From Pseudomonas phage phiKZ, in the sequence record NC_004629.1: a stretch of DNA of 32,000 bases; one strand, given 5' to 3'. Numbering within the stretch: position 1 is the first letter of the stretch; each line of letters starts with the position of its first letter. Of this stretch, positions 8,552 through 18,008 are shown one piece after another. Position numbers and translations under genes: made by a program. Under the pieces are notes generated by a model. It was given only the letters and a program-made list of their open reading frames with translations, was not told where the DNA came from and did not search any database.

Positions 8552-8971
8552 ATGTATATTGATGAAAAGTACTGGGCTCATTCTGTAAAAGCTATGGATA
8601 ACAAACATCCAGTTTTGATGAATGTGCATGGTCTTCATTGGTGTTCACCGTCTTTGGTTAATTGGAGCCTAACTGCCGTCAAACGCGATGGATCACTTTC
8701 ATCAAAAGAAGTGTTTGATATCACTAGCAAATATGCCAGCCATCTCATTGATCATGAAGTTAAAATCGTTAATGATCAATTGGTCTACCTGATCAAAAAT
8801 AATCTGATTAGTGGCATTACTGAGCTTGATGATGGTTTCTTTGTATTTGCAAATATTGATGGCGAGTCATGGTCCATGCATGTTGTAATTGAATGCTTGA
8901 TGGAACATGAAGAAAATTGGGAAAAACTCGCTGCCGTTAAGTGCAATGAGTTGACCATTTCTGCATTCTAA
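8552..8971 (+). CDS. hypothetical protein
   Basis: ORF with aaaaaggaaat RBS. Confidence 0.75.
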   Translation: MYIDEKYWAHSVKAMDNKHPVLMNVHGLHWCSPSLVNWSLTAVKRDGSLSSKEVFDITSKYASHLIDHEVKIVNDQLVYLIKNNLISGITELDDGFFVFANIDGESWSMHVVIECLMEHEENWEKLAAVKCNELTISAF

Positions 8972-8985
8972 TTAATTATGAAAAT

Positions 8986-9003
8986 GGGGGTCTAAAGACC
9001 CCC
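8986..9003 (+). terminator. Putative terminator hairpin
   Basis: gggggtc-taaa-gaccccc followed by tatcta; T-run is weak. Confidence 0.6.
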
Positions 9004-9049
9004 TATCTATTTAATAGAATGAAACTAATCTTAATAATGGTGAATACTA

Positions 9050-9346
9050 ATGAATAAATATTACCATTTGAAGAAACAGAAGGATGCTACATGGACAATT
9101 GAATTTCTAGGAAAGATGCGTAATTTTAAATTCAACCATGTAACTAAACAGAATAATAGCTGGGTTAGCATGGGTATTGAAGGTTATCCAGCACTTAAAT
9201 TTAACTGTGATGGATTTGGTAGATTAGAAAGTATTCAACCCATTGATGATGATTTAACCATCGATGAAATATTTATTCCACGTAAACATTCTGTTTCACA
9301 GTGTATCGATATAACAACACTTTACATAGGTGGTCAATGTGACTGA
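9050..9346 (+). CDS. hypothetical protein
   Basis: Intact ORF. Confidence 0.7.
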   Translation: MNKYYHLKKQKDATWTIEFLGKMRNFKFNHVTKQNNSWVSMGIEGYPALKFNCDGFGRLESIQPIDDDLTIDEIFIPRKHSVSQCIDITTLYIGGQCD

Positions 9347-9776
9347 GATAATATTAGTTATTTTATCATTGTTTGTTCTTTCAGTCATAACCGGCTATTG
9401 TATAACCCGGTTAGAGAAAACCGAAGATATAGCCTATTATGTTAAATCAATTACGTATTACTTAGGTGAATCCGGTGATACATTTTTTAATAGTGAACCC
9501 AAAGTAATACAGCTGGATAACCCTGTAAAACTAGTTTTCACTAATGAACCAGTTCAAATAAAAACACTTTATTTAGACCTAGATAAGAAAGAATTATATC
9601 TTAATCATCCCGAACATGCTTGTATTGTAATGCGTGTTATTTTCTTTTTAAATTATCATAACCAGAAAAAACTCATCGGTTATTCAGATGAGTACTATCA
9701 TGACAATGAGTATGTTGATAGTGAGTTTGATATGGTCATAAAGAAAATTAGTGTAGAATGCTATAAAGGTTTATAA
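9330..9776 (+). CDS. hypothetical membrane protein
   Basis: N-terminal TM segment TEIILVILSLFVLSVITGYCI. Confidence 0.65.
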   Translation: MVNVTEIILVILSLFVLSVITGYCITRLEKTEDIAYYVKSITYYLGESGDTFFNSEPKVIQLDNPVKLVFTNEPVQIKTLYLDLDKKELYLNHPEHACIVMRVIFFLNYHNQKKLIGYSDEYYHDNEYVDSEFDMVIKKISVECYKGL

Positions 9777-9812
9777 TGGTCAATTTTATAGACCATCAAT
9801 CAGGAGTTAATA

Positions 9813-10244
9813 ATGAGTGTTCTACAACAGCTAGGAAGTTTCCCAGTATATAAGAAAACTAATGGTGAAACTCGATTTCTATTAGACCATGATGTTGCTA
9901 TCAGCATGGTTACAACTGAGCAAGGTAGTTTTATGACTGCCCCACTAAAAACAGATGGGGTAGAGTTCAATCTATCTGAAGTCTTTGGTGATTATAAAAA
10001 ATTCGATAATGTGATTGTAGATAAACTCTACTATCGTGATTTATCTGGTAAAATGCAGTCTAAAAAAGTACCAACTATCCCACAGCTTTATAAAGACATG
10101 ACTGTATTTAAAAGTGGGTATACCACTAAAATAAATAACCTTCGCTGGGGTTATTGTGTAACTATTAAAAATGATGGTACAGCTAAAATTTGGACAGATT
10201 CTAATAGTCCTATTTGTGGTGTGTCAATTCGTTTCACAATGTAA
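9813..10244 (+). CDS. hypothetical protein
   Basis: Intact ORF. Confidence 0.75.
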   Translation: MSVLQQLGSFPVYKKTNGETRFLLDHDVAISMVTTEQGSFMTAPLKTDGVEFNLSEVFGDYKKFDNVIVDKLYYRDLSGKMQSKKVPTIPQLYKDMTVFKSGYTTKINNLRWGYCVTIKNDGTAKIWTDSNSPICGVSIRFTM

Positions 10245-10253
10245 CGTCATAAT

Positions 10254-10272
10254 GGCCTCCCTTCGGGGAGGC
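10254..10272 (+). terminator. Rho-independent terminator
   Basis: gcctccc-ttcg-gggaggc followed by tttt. Confidence 0.8.
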
Positions 10273-10306
10273 TTTTATATCCCTTTATATAAACAGGTAT
10301 ATTCAA

Positions 10307-10609
10307 ATGAAAATGAATAATAAGGTAATTGACTCGGCGTCGTATATGTTGGCTAATACCGATAAGTTCATTAGTACTGTATTCGCTGGTGAAGACCGGT
10401 ATATTGAGTCCTGTACTGGGCTCATTAGCGCACATGGTGATAAGGTGGAGCAGTACCGTAATGGTTGGGAAGAGGCTGGATTAGACTTTAATAAAGCACA
10501 AATAATCTATCTTCTAACCTATACTAAACTACTAGGTGATACTCCTAAGTATATGTCTAATCAATGGGTGATTGACAACTATTCTAAATACAGTGAACTA
10601 TTGCCATAA
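10307..10609 (+). CDS. hypothetical protein
   Basis: Intact ORF after a terminator. Confidence 0.7.
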   Translation: MKMNNKVIDSASYMLANTDKFISTVFAGEDRYIESCTGLISAHGDKVEQYRNGWEEAGLDFNKAQIIYLLTYTKLLGDTPKYMSNQWVIDNYSKYSELLP

Positions 10610-10692
10610 TGCATAAATGGTTTATTATAAGTAAATTTAAAAATATATAATAACCATGCTAAGTTAGATAATCATTATTTGAGGTACTCAAA

Positions 10693-10845
10693 ATGGAAGG
10701 AATCAAATATGTAGCACTGTTTTTGATTATAGCTATTTTAAGTAGTACATTAGTTGGTATTAATAAAATTATTAGTATAGGTGATATCGATGGATATAGA
10801 TCAGAAAAAGAAAGAATCACCGAAATTCAATCCCATCATAAATAG
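10693..10845 (+). CDS. 50-aa single-TM microprotein MEGIKYVALFLIIAILSSTLVGINK... (not in the supplied track)
   Basis: ORF with gaggt RBS upstream. Confidence 0.55.
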   Translation: MEGIKYVALFLIIAILSSTLVGINKIISIGDIDGYRSEKERITEIQSHHK

Positions 10846-10901
10846 TATCTTTAACAAGTCATGGTTAACTGAAGATAAAAGTGGTAAAGAGGTAAAAAGA
10901 A

Positions 10902-11204
10902 ATGAGTACAACAGTGAGCTGTCTAGCAAACGTGCTAGCTAATGGTATTAGTCTTATCGCTAAGAATAAAGTTCAAGTAGGTATGATTCTACAAGCAACA
11001 CAGGATATTTGGATCATGCGTACTTGTAAAAAGAATGGTTATTTAGAATGGAAGTTTGCTAATGAAGGTGATGACCTAACCGTATTAGGTGTTGATGAGG
11101 GTAATCCCGAAGGCGGCTTTAGAGTTTTAAATGCCGACAATTATAATCAAATTGAAACTGTACAATGTACAGATATGGATGATATTCTTCACGCCTATAA
11201 CTGA
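10902..11204 (+). CDS. hypothetical protein
   Basis: Intact ORF. Confidence 0.7.
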   Translation: MSTTVSCLANVLANGISLIAKNKVQVGMILQATQDIWIMRTCKKNGYLEWKFANEGDDLTVLGVDEGNPEGGFRVLNADNYNQIETVQCTDMDDILHAYN

Positions 11205-11212
11205 GGTGATAT

Positions 11213-11425
11213 ATGTCAAATTCATTTAAAGCCGGTGACAAAGTTGTAGTCAACACAGATATTATTAATAGCACTGGTGAATGCGGCTATGATCTTACAC
11301 TATGCAAAGCTGGTACTGTAGTTATAATCGAATCTGTTAATGGAGACCATCTGTTAGTATATCCATCTAATAGCGGTCCTAGTAATGGATTTTATGTTCA
11401 TCTACATCAGGTTAATGCACAATGA
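11213..11425 (+). CDS. hypothetical small protein, possibly an SH3/KOW-like beta barrel
   Basis: ORF; FKAGDKVVVN...AGTVVIIESVNGDHLLVYPS pattern. Confidence 0.65.
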   Translation: MSNSFKAGDKVVVNTDIINSTGECGYDLTLCKAGTVVIIESVNGDHLLVYPSNSGPSNGFYVHLHQVNAQ

Positions 11426-11799
11426 AACTTGAATGCGTAAGAGATACTGCACAGATCCTCTACAGTAAAAGAGCTTTTATAAAAGGTAATTATATTGGTA
11501 GCGAATATCATATTTACCAATTACTAACCCATCTTCATCATCGTATCGTTAATGCGCTTATTGAAATATATGATGATGATTCACTAGCTGATGTGCTAAA
11601 TAAAAGTCCTGATGATATTATTATCTTATTCTCTAAACATGCGACTAATGCGTATCAGCATTACAAAGTTCTTCGCCAAAATATAAATGCTAAGATTGAA
11701 GAAGTAAATGCATCACGAAATAGGTATACTCTATGGTCTAACTTAGTAGAGGATATTCTTAAGTTTAGACTATATTGCAGTAAACTAAAGGTGGGTTGA
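11422..11799 (+). CDS. hypothetical protein
   Basis: ATGA overlap with the preceding gene. Confidence 0.7.
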   Translation: MKLECVRDTAQILYSKRAFIKGNYIGSEYHIYQLLTHLHHRIVNALIEIYDDDSLADVLNKSPDDIIILFSKHATNAYQHYKVLRQNINAKIEEVNASRNRYTLWSNLVEDILKFRLYCSKLKVG

Positions 11800-11800
11800 G

Positions 11801-12166
11801 ATGATCGAAATTAATTCTGCTGAAGTGGAAATGCTTGTTGAAACGATTACTGGTGATTTGTTCTGCTCTATCCATGACGGCACATATCCAGCTGAAACTT
11901 ATTGGATGTTTAAAGCAGATGTTGCAATGTTGGATGCATGGTTTGCTAAAATTTATAAGTTTGGTATGTTAAAGCAAATCCCATATGCCAGTATTCCATT
12001 TGCCAATCTGGTGGATGTATCAACTGAGCGGCTATTCCAATATATGGCCAATCTGGCAGCTGATCTAGGTGATTTTGAAGATGTCCAAGAACCTATTTTC
12101 AATATCATCAATAAGATCCATTCAATGTGGTTAGTTTATGATAAGTATTCATGGACTGGTAGCTAA
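11801..12166 (+). CDS. hypothetical protein
   Basis: Intact ORF; start context ggtgggttgagatg. Confidence 0.7.
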   Translation: MIEINSAEVEMLVETITGDLFCSIHDGTYPAETYWMFKADVAMLDAWFAKIYKFGMLKQIPYASIPFANLVDVSTERLFQYMANLAADLGDFEDVQEPIFNIINKIHSMWLVYDKYSWTGS

Positions 12167-12209
12167 TACTTGACCGTCCAATTAGATAGTTATAGGACGG
12201 GAATTAACC

Positions 12210-12545
12210 ATGTTTATAGTTGATGATAAGTGTTATAGTTGGTCAAGTACTTCGCACGGTCGTGGGAAAAGAAGCGAAATAGTTGGAGCAGGTGTTTATG
12301 TTATTGAACACATTGCAACTGGGAAGTATTTAGTAGGGCTTTCAAAGACTGTTAGTAATGAAGTTGATAAACATATCGCTGCATTACGTAATAATAGTCA
12401 TCAAAATAAGGCAATGTTGGGTTTAGTACATCGGGACATGGATTTACGTTTATTAGAATACCCCATTAGTAAGGTTAGTGATCAGAAAGCACTTATTGCT
12501 AAGATCCGAGCCACCACTGAACCTAAATATCTAATGCTTAATTAG
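12210..12545 (+). CDS. GIY-YIG nuclease-like domain protein (divergent)
   Basis: GVYVIEHIATGKYLVGLSK..VDKHIAALRNNSHQNKAM resembles the GIY...YIG...H..LR...H.N pattern. Confidence 0.5.
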   Translation: MFIVDDKCYSWSSTSHGRGKRSEIVGAGVYVIEHIATGKYLVGLSKTVSNEVDKHIAALRNNSHQNKAMLGLVHRDMDLRLLEYPISKVSDQKALIAKIRATTEPKYLMLN

Positions 12546-12591
12546 GGAGGGTAATACCTCCCTTTTCTTATATGAGAAAAGGAAATATACA

Positions 12592-13278
12592 ATGAGTAAC
12601 CCATTAGTTATCAAATCGGCAAGTGATCTAGTAGAACCAAAAGAGATAGATTACAAAGCGCCTATTTTTAAGGCCAGTCACGAATATGCATCTATTCGTG
12701 AGAATAGCAGACAGTTAATTGAAAAGCAAATGAAACTATCCAAAAAGCCTTTTGCCGTGCTTGAACGAGAAGGTGATATTGGTCCCAATGTTGTTTATTA
12801 CACGTGTGGGTGTAATAAAGAAGATCCACTCTTTCCTGAACTGGTGATCACTGCATGCATCACTAAGGAATCGGCAGTAAATACCTTTTACGCCATTTTT
12901 GAAAAATTAAAAGAAGTGAAACAGATCACGGGTAGCGTAGAGATTGCAGATTTACTGAGCGCATTTGAAGAAGATCAAAGGATGGGACGACAACCTAAAT
13001 TTGGTATTCGTCTAATTGATACTCATCAGTTTGTATATGGGTTCGGTGGTAAACTCCACGCATACTACAATATGGATGACTATTATAACCAATTGCCCAT
13101 CTGGCAAATTCTCATCAGTGATATTGAAGGATTCCTACCCACTGATAGTGGTTATCTACAAACAGTTTGTCCGCAGTTTCTTCTAGCCGATAAACCTTTC
13201 GGACAAGCTGGTAATATCTATCCTACTGACATTTTTAAAACTATGAAATGTCGTCCTTCTGCAACAGTTATTCATTAA
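12592..13278 (+). CDS. hypothetical protein
   Basis: 228-aa ORF with aaaggaaa RBS. Confidence 0.8.
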   Translation: MSNPLVIKSASDLVEPKEIDYKAPIFKASHEYASIRENSRQLIEKQMKLSKKPFAVLEREGDIGPNVVYYTCGCNKEDPLFPELVITACITKESAVNTFYAIFEKLKEVKQITGSVEIADLLSAFEEDQRMGRQPKFGIRLIDTHQFVYGFGGKLHAYYNMDDYYNQLPIWQILISDIEGFLPTDSGYLQTVCPQFLLADKPFGQAGNIYPTDIFKTMKCRPSATVIH

Positions 13279-13290
13279 GAGGTTAATATA

Positions 13291-13530
13291 ATGCGTGAGT
13301 TTCGTACTGGTCAATATTGTATTACTAAAATTGATATTCCTCATCCAAAACCCAATGCATTAACTGGCCCAACTTATTTAACAGCTGGACAGCAGTGCCA
13401 AATTATCGTTTATGATCCATCGAAAACACCTTCTACTGGTATTCGTAAAGAAGGTGAAAACTTCGCAATGGTTTATGTAGAAGAATCTGCACTAATTGCT
13501 GATCCATCAAAACCGGTTCCAACTCTATGA
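13291..13530 (+). CDS. hypothetical protein
   Basis: ORF with gaggt RBS. Confidence 0.7.
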   Translation: MREFRTGQYCITKIDIPHPKPNALTGPTYLTAGQQCQIIVYDPSKTPSTGIRKEGENFAMVYVEESALIADPSKPVPTL

Positions 13531-13886
13531 TATTTAAATTCTTTGATGTTAATGGAGAGTATGATCCACGTAACTTGTGGTTACCCGCTGAACGTCAGCT
13601 ATATATCTCTATTATTAATCCAGAGGGTCATGAGGTGCTCTGGTATGCTAGAAAACCAGGCACTAATGTAGCTATGTTGACACCTAAGCGAGATGATTAT
13701 GAACTTGTAAATTGTTCAAATATTCTGAAGGCTAGGAATGTTCTATTGGTTAATCATGAGGCTGGTTCAGTAGAAAAAGCATTACGTTATTTTGACTTAC
13801 CTGTTAAAGGTAAATATAAATTAGCAAGTCGTACATGGGAATGTAGTGAACTATTCACTCTTCAATTTATTGAATATAATTTTTAA
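13527..13886 (+). CDS. hypothetical protein
   Basis: ATGA overlap with the preceding gene. Confidence 0.7.
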   Translation: MIFKFFDVNGEYDPRNLWLPAERQLYISIINPEGHEVLWYARKPGTNVAMLTPKRDDYELVNCSNILKARNVLLVNHEAGSVEKALRYFDLPVKGKYKLASRTWECSELFTLQFIEYNF

Positions 13887-13900
13887 ACAGGTAATTATAA

Positions 13901-14422
13901 ATGGCTCTTATTTGTGGATACGGTGAAAATGCCGTGCTATTTGGCGGCGATGTTGATGTAGTCGACTATGCGATGTCTCAAAGAAAATATACCTTAGATA
14001 ATAAATTCATTATCCGTGGTATCGCTGTTATGAGTGCTGATAAAAAAGCGCGACATAGTTTCTGCCGAGCTAATAGTGAGCTGTTTCTTAGCCATCGCAC
14101 AAAAGACTATAATGTAATCACACAACAATTCCAAGAATCGGTTAATAATTATAAAGTGATGGTTTACATTGTATTCGATGACGAACTAGCCGTCTTTGTA
14201 CCGAATACACCAATCACTGTACTGAATTATAAAAATAATCCAGATGGAGTTACTGTGATTAATAAAGGTTTCCGATATAAACAAAGGGAGAGGCTTAAAG
14301 TTCTCATTAAAACATATCACGATGATCTATTGTTATTGGCTAAGAATATTGCAGATAATTCATTGAAAGATGTTAATCAACTAACTGTCTTTAAAGACGG
14401 AACTACCCAACGGTTTATTTAA
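13901..14422 (+). CDS. hypothetical protein
   Basis: Intact ORF. Confidence 0.75.
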   Translation: MALICGYGENAVLFGGDVDVVDYAMSQRKYTLDNKFIIRGIAVMSADKKARHSFCRANSELFLSHRTKDYNVITQQFQESVNNYKVMVYIVFDDELAVFVPNTPITVLNYKNNPDGVTVINKGFRYKQRERLKVLIKTYHDDLLLLAKNIADNSLKDVNQLTVFKDGTTQRFI

Positions 14423-14433
14423 GGTATCTTTAC

Positions 14434-14733
14434 ATGACCACTAAACAACAGCGCATTACCTATCACTATCATTGTAAAGGTCTTAAACAGACATATCACC
14501 CAGTCATTGGTAAAGATGGGGAATTGAAACTGTCTGTACTTACACCTGATAATATTTATAGTCAATATCCATTATACGAGGATGTAGAAGATGGAGCTAT
14601 TGATAAATTATGCGATCAGGTAGAACAGCTACTGAGAAAAGAACTTGTGGGTGTAATTGCTATTAAATATAATGTAGATTATCTAGCTACCCCTGGTGAA
14701 AAATTAAAAGAAGTATATAGACTCGTAATTTAA
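14434..14733 (+). CDS. hypothetical protein
   Basis: Intact ORF. Confidence 0.7.
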   Translation: MTTKQQRITYHYHCKGLKQTYHPVIGKDGELKLSVLTPDNIYSQYPLYEDVEDGAIDKLCDQVEQLLRKELVGVIAIKYNVDYLATPGEKLKEVYRLVI

Positions 14734-14746
14734 TAATGGTATAATT

Positions 14747-14764
14747 GCCCTCCTTCGGGAGGGC
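14747..14764 (+). terminator. Rho-independent terminator
   Basis: gccctcc-ttcg-ggagggc followed by ttct. Confidence 0.8.
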
Positions 14765-14791
14765 TTCTATTTCGTAAAAAGGAAAATACAA

Positions 14792-15232
14792 ATGAAAGCA
14801 TTCATTCCAAAATGGCGCCAAGATCCAAATAACGTTGACCATAAGTATGGTTATGAACTGAATGCGTACACCTCTGTTTCTGGTACTCGCGTCTTCATCG
14901 AACGTCGTGTTGAATACTACAATAAGAAAAAGAAACAATGGTGCGATGAAACAATTCAAGTAATTCATCTTGGTAAACTGAATTGTTATATTTGGAAACA
15001 CTATCCAGTTATCAGTTTCAGAGATGTTGGTGTAATCTACGGTCGGTTAGAATTTGATGAACTAAAGAAAGTAAATAAACTTATTCAGAGTTCAAATTCC
15101 GTATCTATTGAACTGATGGAATCTATTTCAAAAGAATATCAGGTTTATATCACAGCTGTAATTAATAACATCAAATATGTGTTCAGCCCTGAACGCACTT
15201 ATGTATCTGATGAGGGTTACGTAGATGACTAA
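14792..15232 (+). CDS. hypothetical protein
   Basis: ORF with aaaaggaaaa RBS. Confidence 0.75.
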   Translation: MKAFIPKWRQDPNNVDHKYGYELNAYTSVSGTRVFIERRVEYYNKKKKQWCDETIQVIHLGKLNCYIWKHYPVISFRDVGVIYGRLEFDELKKVNKLIQSSNSVSIELMESISKEYQVYITAVINNIKYVFSPERTYVSDEGYVDD

Positions 15233-15737
15233 AACACTCCGTGTAGTACGTGTCCGTGATGGGATCGTTGATAGTCTTAATAACGATGGTCTATGGGTTA
15301 ACAAACATACCTTTTGTATGGAGGAGGTATGGGAAGCCCACAAACAAACAACCCAATTCCAGTCTTACAACTGGGGGACTATGTACTTCGTTAGTGAAAA
15401 TGATGTAGCATGTAATCCATATCCCCATCATCAATACCGTGAGGTATGGATCTGTCAACGAGGTGTGCAACAAAAACTGGAACTATGTGAGGATTTAGAA
15501 TCCGGTATAGTTGGGGATGATCATGTTGTAGTTATTATGACTACTACGGATGGATTAGATTATAGTTTTGTGAGTGGTGTGTATGGCGACCGTATTAACT
15601 ACAGTCCTTACTATGGTGATGCCATTTCTATACCTTGTACCAATAATCAAGAAGCAGACGATGTCTATCATAGCCTAGCTAAAATGGCCAATGGCATAAG
15701 TCTATCTGTTCCTCTAGTAATGAAGCTGATTAAATGA
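15225..15737 (+). CDS. hypothetical protein
   Basis: Overlapping ORF. Confidence 0.75.
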   Translation: MTKTLRVVRVRDGIVDSLNNDGLWVNKHTFCMEEVWEAHKQTTQFQSYNWGTMYFVSENDVACNPYPHHQYREVWICQRGVQQKLELCEDLESGIVGDDHVVVIMTTTDGLDYSFVSGVYGDRINYSPYYGDAISIPCTNNQEADDVYHSLAKMANGISLSVPLVMKLIK

Positions 15738-15744
15738 AGGAGTA

Positions 15745-16110
15745 ATGATTATGGATTATAAATGGCATGATAAGTTCATTATAGAAATTATTAGTAAAAG
15801 TTGTAAAAAAGATGGAATCTGTAAAAGTTACTTAGTACGTAAAGGTTGGAGAGATGTTAATCAGCGTGATTACGCCATTTTATCACGTATTGGTTTCCAT
15901 GACACTCTTTTGCTTGATGAACATGAAGTCGAATACTATTTGAACAATGTGGTATTTGATATCGTAAAGGCCGTATGGGAGTCTGAAGGTAAACCAAAAG
16001 ATACTCATATGCATATTCGGGCATTGCGTGTAGATATGGATAGTCTATCTGATAGATTCAAGATATATGCTGATGTAAAACTAGATATGGATAAGCACCG
16101 GAAATCGTAA
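15745..16110 (+). CDS. hypothetical protein
   Basis: ORF; start may be 15751. Confidence 0.7.
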   Translation: MIMDYKWHDKFIIEIISKSCKKDGICKSYLVRKGWRDVNQRDYAILSRIGFHDTLLLDEHEVEYYLNNVVFDIVKAVWESEGKPKDTHMHIRALRVDMDSLSDRFKIYADVKLDMDKHRKS

Positions 16111-16150
16111 AAGATATCCATCGTATACATTTATTAATAGGAACCTACAA

Positions 16151-16507
16151 ATGCAACTAGATAAAGACAAATTGAAAGAATTGGTAAATATCATTGAAGA
16201 GAATACACGCCTTAAAGGTAAAGTATTCCACCAGGAAGTCTACTCCAGTGTTCACGGTGAAATAGAGGTTCGCAGTTACGCTGGTACTTTCACTTTTTAC
16301 AAAGATCATACCACTGAACATTATGCAATGTTTAATGTAGAGTTTGACACACATGGTAAGGTAGTTAGATTCATAGCACCTGCACTATTACGTGCGACTG
16401 TCATTTGGGAATTGAACGAAGAACCGGAATACTACAAAATCAACATCGAGCATATGCTGATCGAAGCAGTAACCAATCACTTCAATACGGCCACACTGCT
16501 ACCTTGA
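16151..16507 (+). CDS. hypothetical protein
   Basis: ORF; antisense ORF 16157-16354 judged spurious. Confidence 0.75.
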   Translation: MQLDKDKLKELVNIIEENTRLKGKVFHQEVYSSVHGEIEVRSYAGTFTFYKDHTTEHYAMFNVEFDTHGKVVRFIAPALLRATVIWELNEEPEYYKINIEHMLIEAVTNHFNTATLLP

Positions 16508-16553
16508 AGTTAATTGATAACCATAACTCTTATAAAGCATAGTGGATTTTATT

Positions 16554-17069
16554 ATGAATAAACCAGAATTACTTTACCATGGTTCTCTTTATAAACAAGA
16601 TGAATTAATGCCAGGATTTAAAAGATCTGGTGAACTTGTTATGTGGGATGGTATTGAGTCTAACCAATACCTATATGCAACGTCATCTGAAAAAGATGCA
16701 TCTTATTTAGGTATTGGTAGCGCTATCGAAAAGTTATTTGATAGTGATAGATATGCTACTGTTGATAGGGATATTACAATCTATTGTCAAAATAATATCG
16801 ATAAAAGTGATATTTTAAAAATGGTTGTGTATGTTTATACCATTCCATTTAGGGACTCTGACAAATGGATTAAGAATAATAATCCTCACAATAGCATTGA
16901 TACTGAGTGGATTACGAAAAACACTATCCATGATGTTACTGTAAGGAAATTAGATATTGGTGAATTTTTAAAAGGTGCTCGCTTAACTGTCACTAAAGCA
17001 CCAGTGGATGTTGATCCATTAAACATCATGTCACAATATCGTTCAGTAACAGAGCGTTATCTGTTTTAA
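16554..17069 (+). CDS. hypothetical protein, possible ADP-ribosyltransferase/PARP-like fold (track start 16542 is GTG)
   Basis: N-terminal ELLYHGS ... YLYATSSEKDASYLGIGSAIEK is reminiscent of ART-type YHGS/T and Y-A-S/T motifs. Confidence 0.4.
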   Translation: MNKPELLYHGSLYKQDELMPGFKRSGELVMWDGIESNQYLYATSSEKDASYLGIGSAIEKLFDSDRYATVDRDITIYCQNNIDKSDILKMVVYVYTIPFRDSDKWIKNNNPHNSIDTEWITKNTIHDVTVRKLDIGEFLKGARLTVTKAPVDVDPLNIMSQYRSVTERYLF

Positions 17070-17084
17070 TTAAATAGGTTAATT

Positions 17085-17549
17085 ATGTATCACATATCGA
17101 CAGTATACCTTGGGGATTATGTTTTATTAAGGCCATATATTCCAAGTAATAGAGCTGATGGCGAAGACAGTGTAACCAACCGTATATGTGTGGCCCCATC
17201 AGTTATTGAATGTATTGCAGCTAAAAGCGGGTGTTATGATATCGATCTTAATTTACTTGGTTCTAAATCAACTATTTACGCATACCGAAGTAATTCTACT
17301 GACTACATTATAGGAAATGTACCTGATCAAAAACAATATAGGGAACACTGGTATTTAAAACCAACTTTATTTGCGTATGTTGGCTCTCTGCAATTATTAG
17401 AGACTGGGGTGATTAAGGTAAGTAGTGAAGTCGATATGCATTCTAAATTAATGGTATCACATCGGTTAAACTACTTCAATAATATTATTAGTAAAGAAGA
17501 ACTAATACACCATTGGCATATAGAGGCTTTATCTATTTTAAATGGTTAG
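17085..17549 (+). CDS. hypothetical protein
   Basis: Intact ORF, closely follows 16554-17069. Confidence 0.75.
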   Translation: MYHISTVYLGDYVLLRPYIPSNRADGEDSVTNRICVAPSVIECIAAKSGCYDIDLNLLGSKSTIYAYRSNSTDYIIGNVPDQKQYREHWYLKPTLFAYVGSLQLLETGVIKVSSEVDMHSKLMVSHRLNYFNNIISKEELIHHWHIEALSILNG

Positions 17550-17557
17550 ATCATAAT

Positions 17558-17585
17558 TTATTTAAGATCTATATTACAAGTGTAC
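17558..17585 (+). promoter_or_regulatory. Putative phage promoter, motif copy 4 (tatattacaagtgtac, 17570-17585)
   Basis: Match to the repeated motif just upstream of gene 17605/17615. Confidence 0.5.
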
Positions 17586-17604
17586 TATCAATAAACTAAT
17601 AGGA

Positions 17605-17967
17605 GTGATACAAGTGGATTTTATAATTGAAATTATCGATAATCCCAATAGTGATACTGCGTTGTATGTTTATGATTATTGGGGTACCCTAACTACGGTT
17701 GTGGGTAATGCAAAAACCCTGGCAGAAGCATATAGTTTTAAATATTCATCCATTGACAGCATTGAAAAATTAAAAGCTGTCATTGGTAAAAATATCGAAT
17801 GCATTTTTAAAGAAATGCATGATCAATCGAATAAGGTAATTCGTGTTAATATCGTAAAAGTAGATCTAGAGAATAAGATTATTAGTAAGCGCATCGAAAT
17901 TGTAAAAAGCTATAGTGTTATCAATAGTGATGGTGAACTTATTCTAATCACAGATGTAGTACGGTAA
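17605..17967 (+). CDS. hypothetical protein (alternative GTG start ~17615)
   Basis: Intact ORF. Confidence 0.7.
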   Translation: MIQVDFIIEIIDNPNSDTALYVYDYWGTLTTVVGNAKTLAEAYSFKYSSIDSIEKLKAVIGKNIECIFKEMHDQSNKVIRVNIVKVDLENKIISKRIEIVKSYSVINSDGELILITDVVR

Positions 17968-18008
17968 TTGAATAAATAATTCATTAATTTAACATAGGTG
18001 ATATAACC

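Noticed and set aside
10271-10310. gcttttatatccctttatataaacaggtatattcaaatgaaa as a sixth copy of the promoter motif
   Set aside because: Only partial match (GTATATTCAAATGA lacks the central TAC); kept out of the motif set until a statistical search is done.
10247-10435. - strand 62-aa ORF, and similar antisense ORFs (1851, 2361, 2501, 3285, 3337, 7727, 8129, 14687, 15128, 15291, 19981, 20767, 22704, 23202, 23574)
   Set aside because: Antisense to well-supported + genes or terminators, with no independent support.
11213-11425. Toxin-antitoxin assignment for the small overlapping gene pairs (11213/11422, 13291/13527, 4424/4864)
   Set aside because: Gene size and overlap alone are typical of phage early operons; no recognisable toxin or antitoxin motif.
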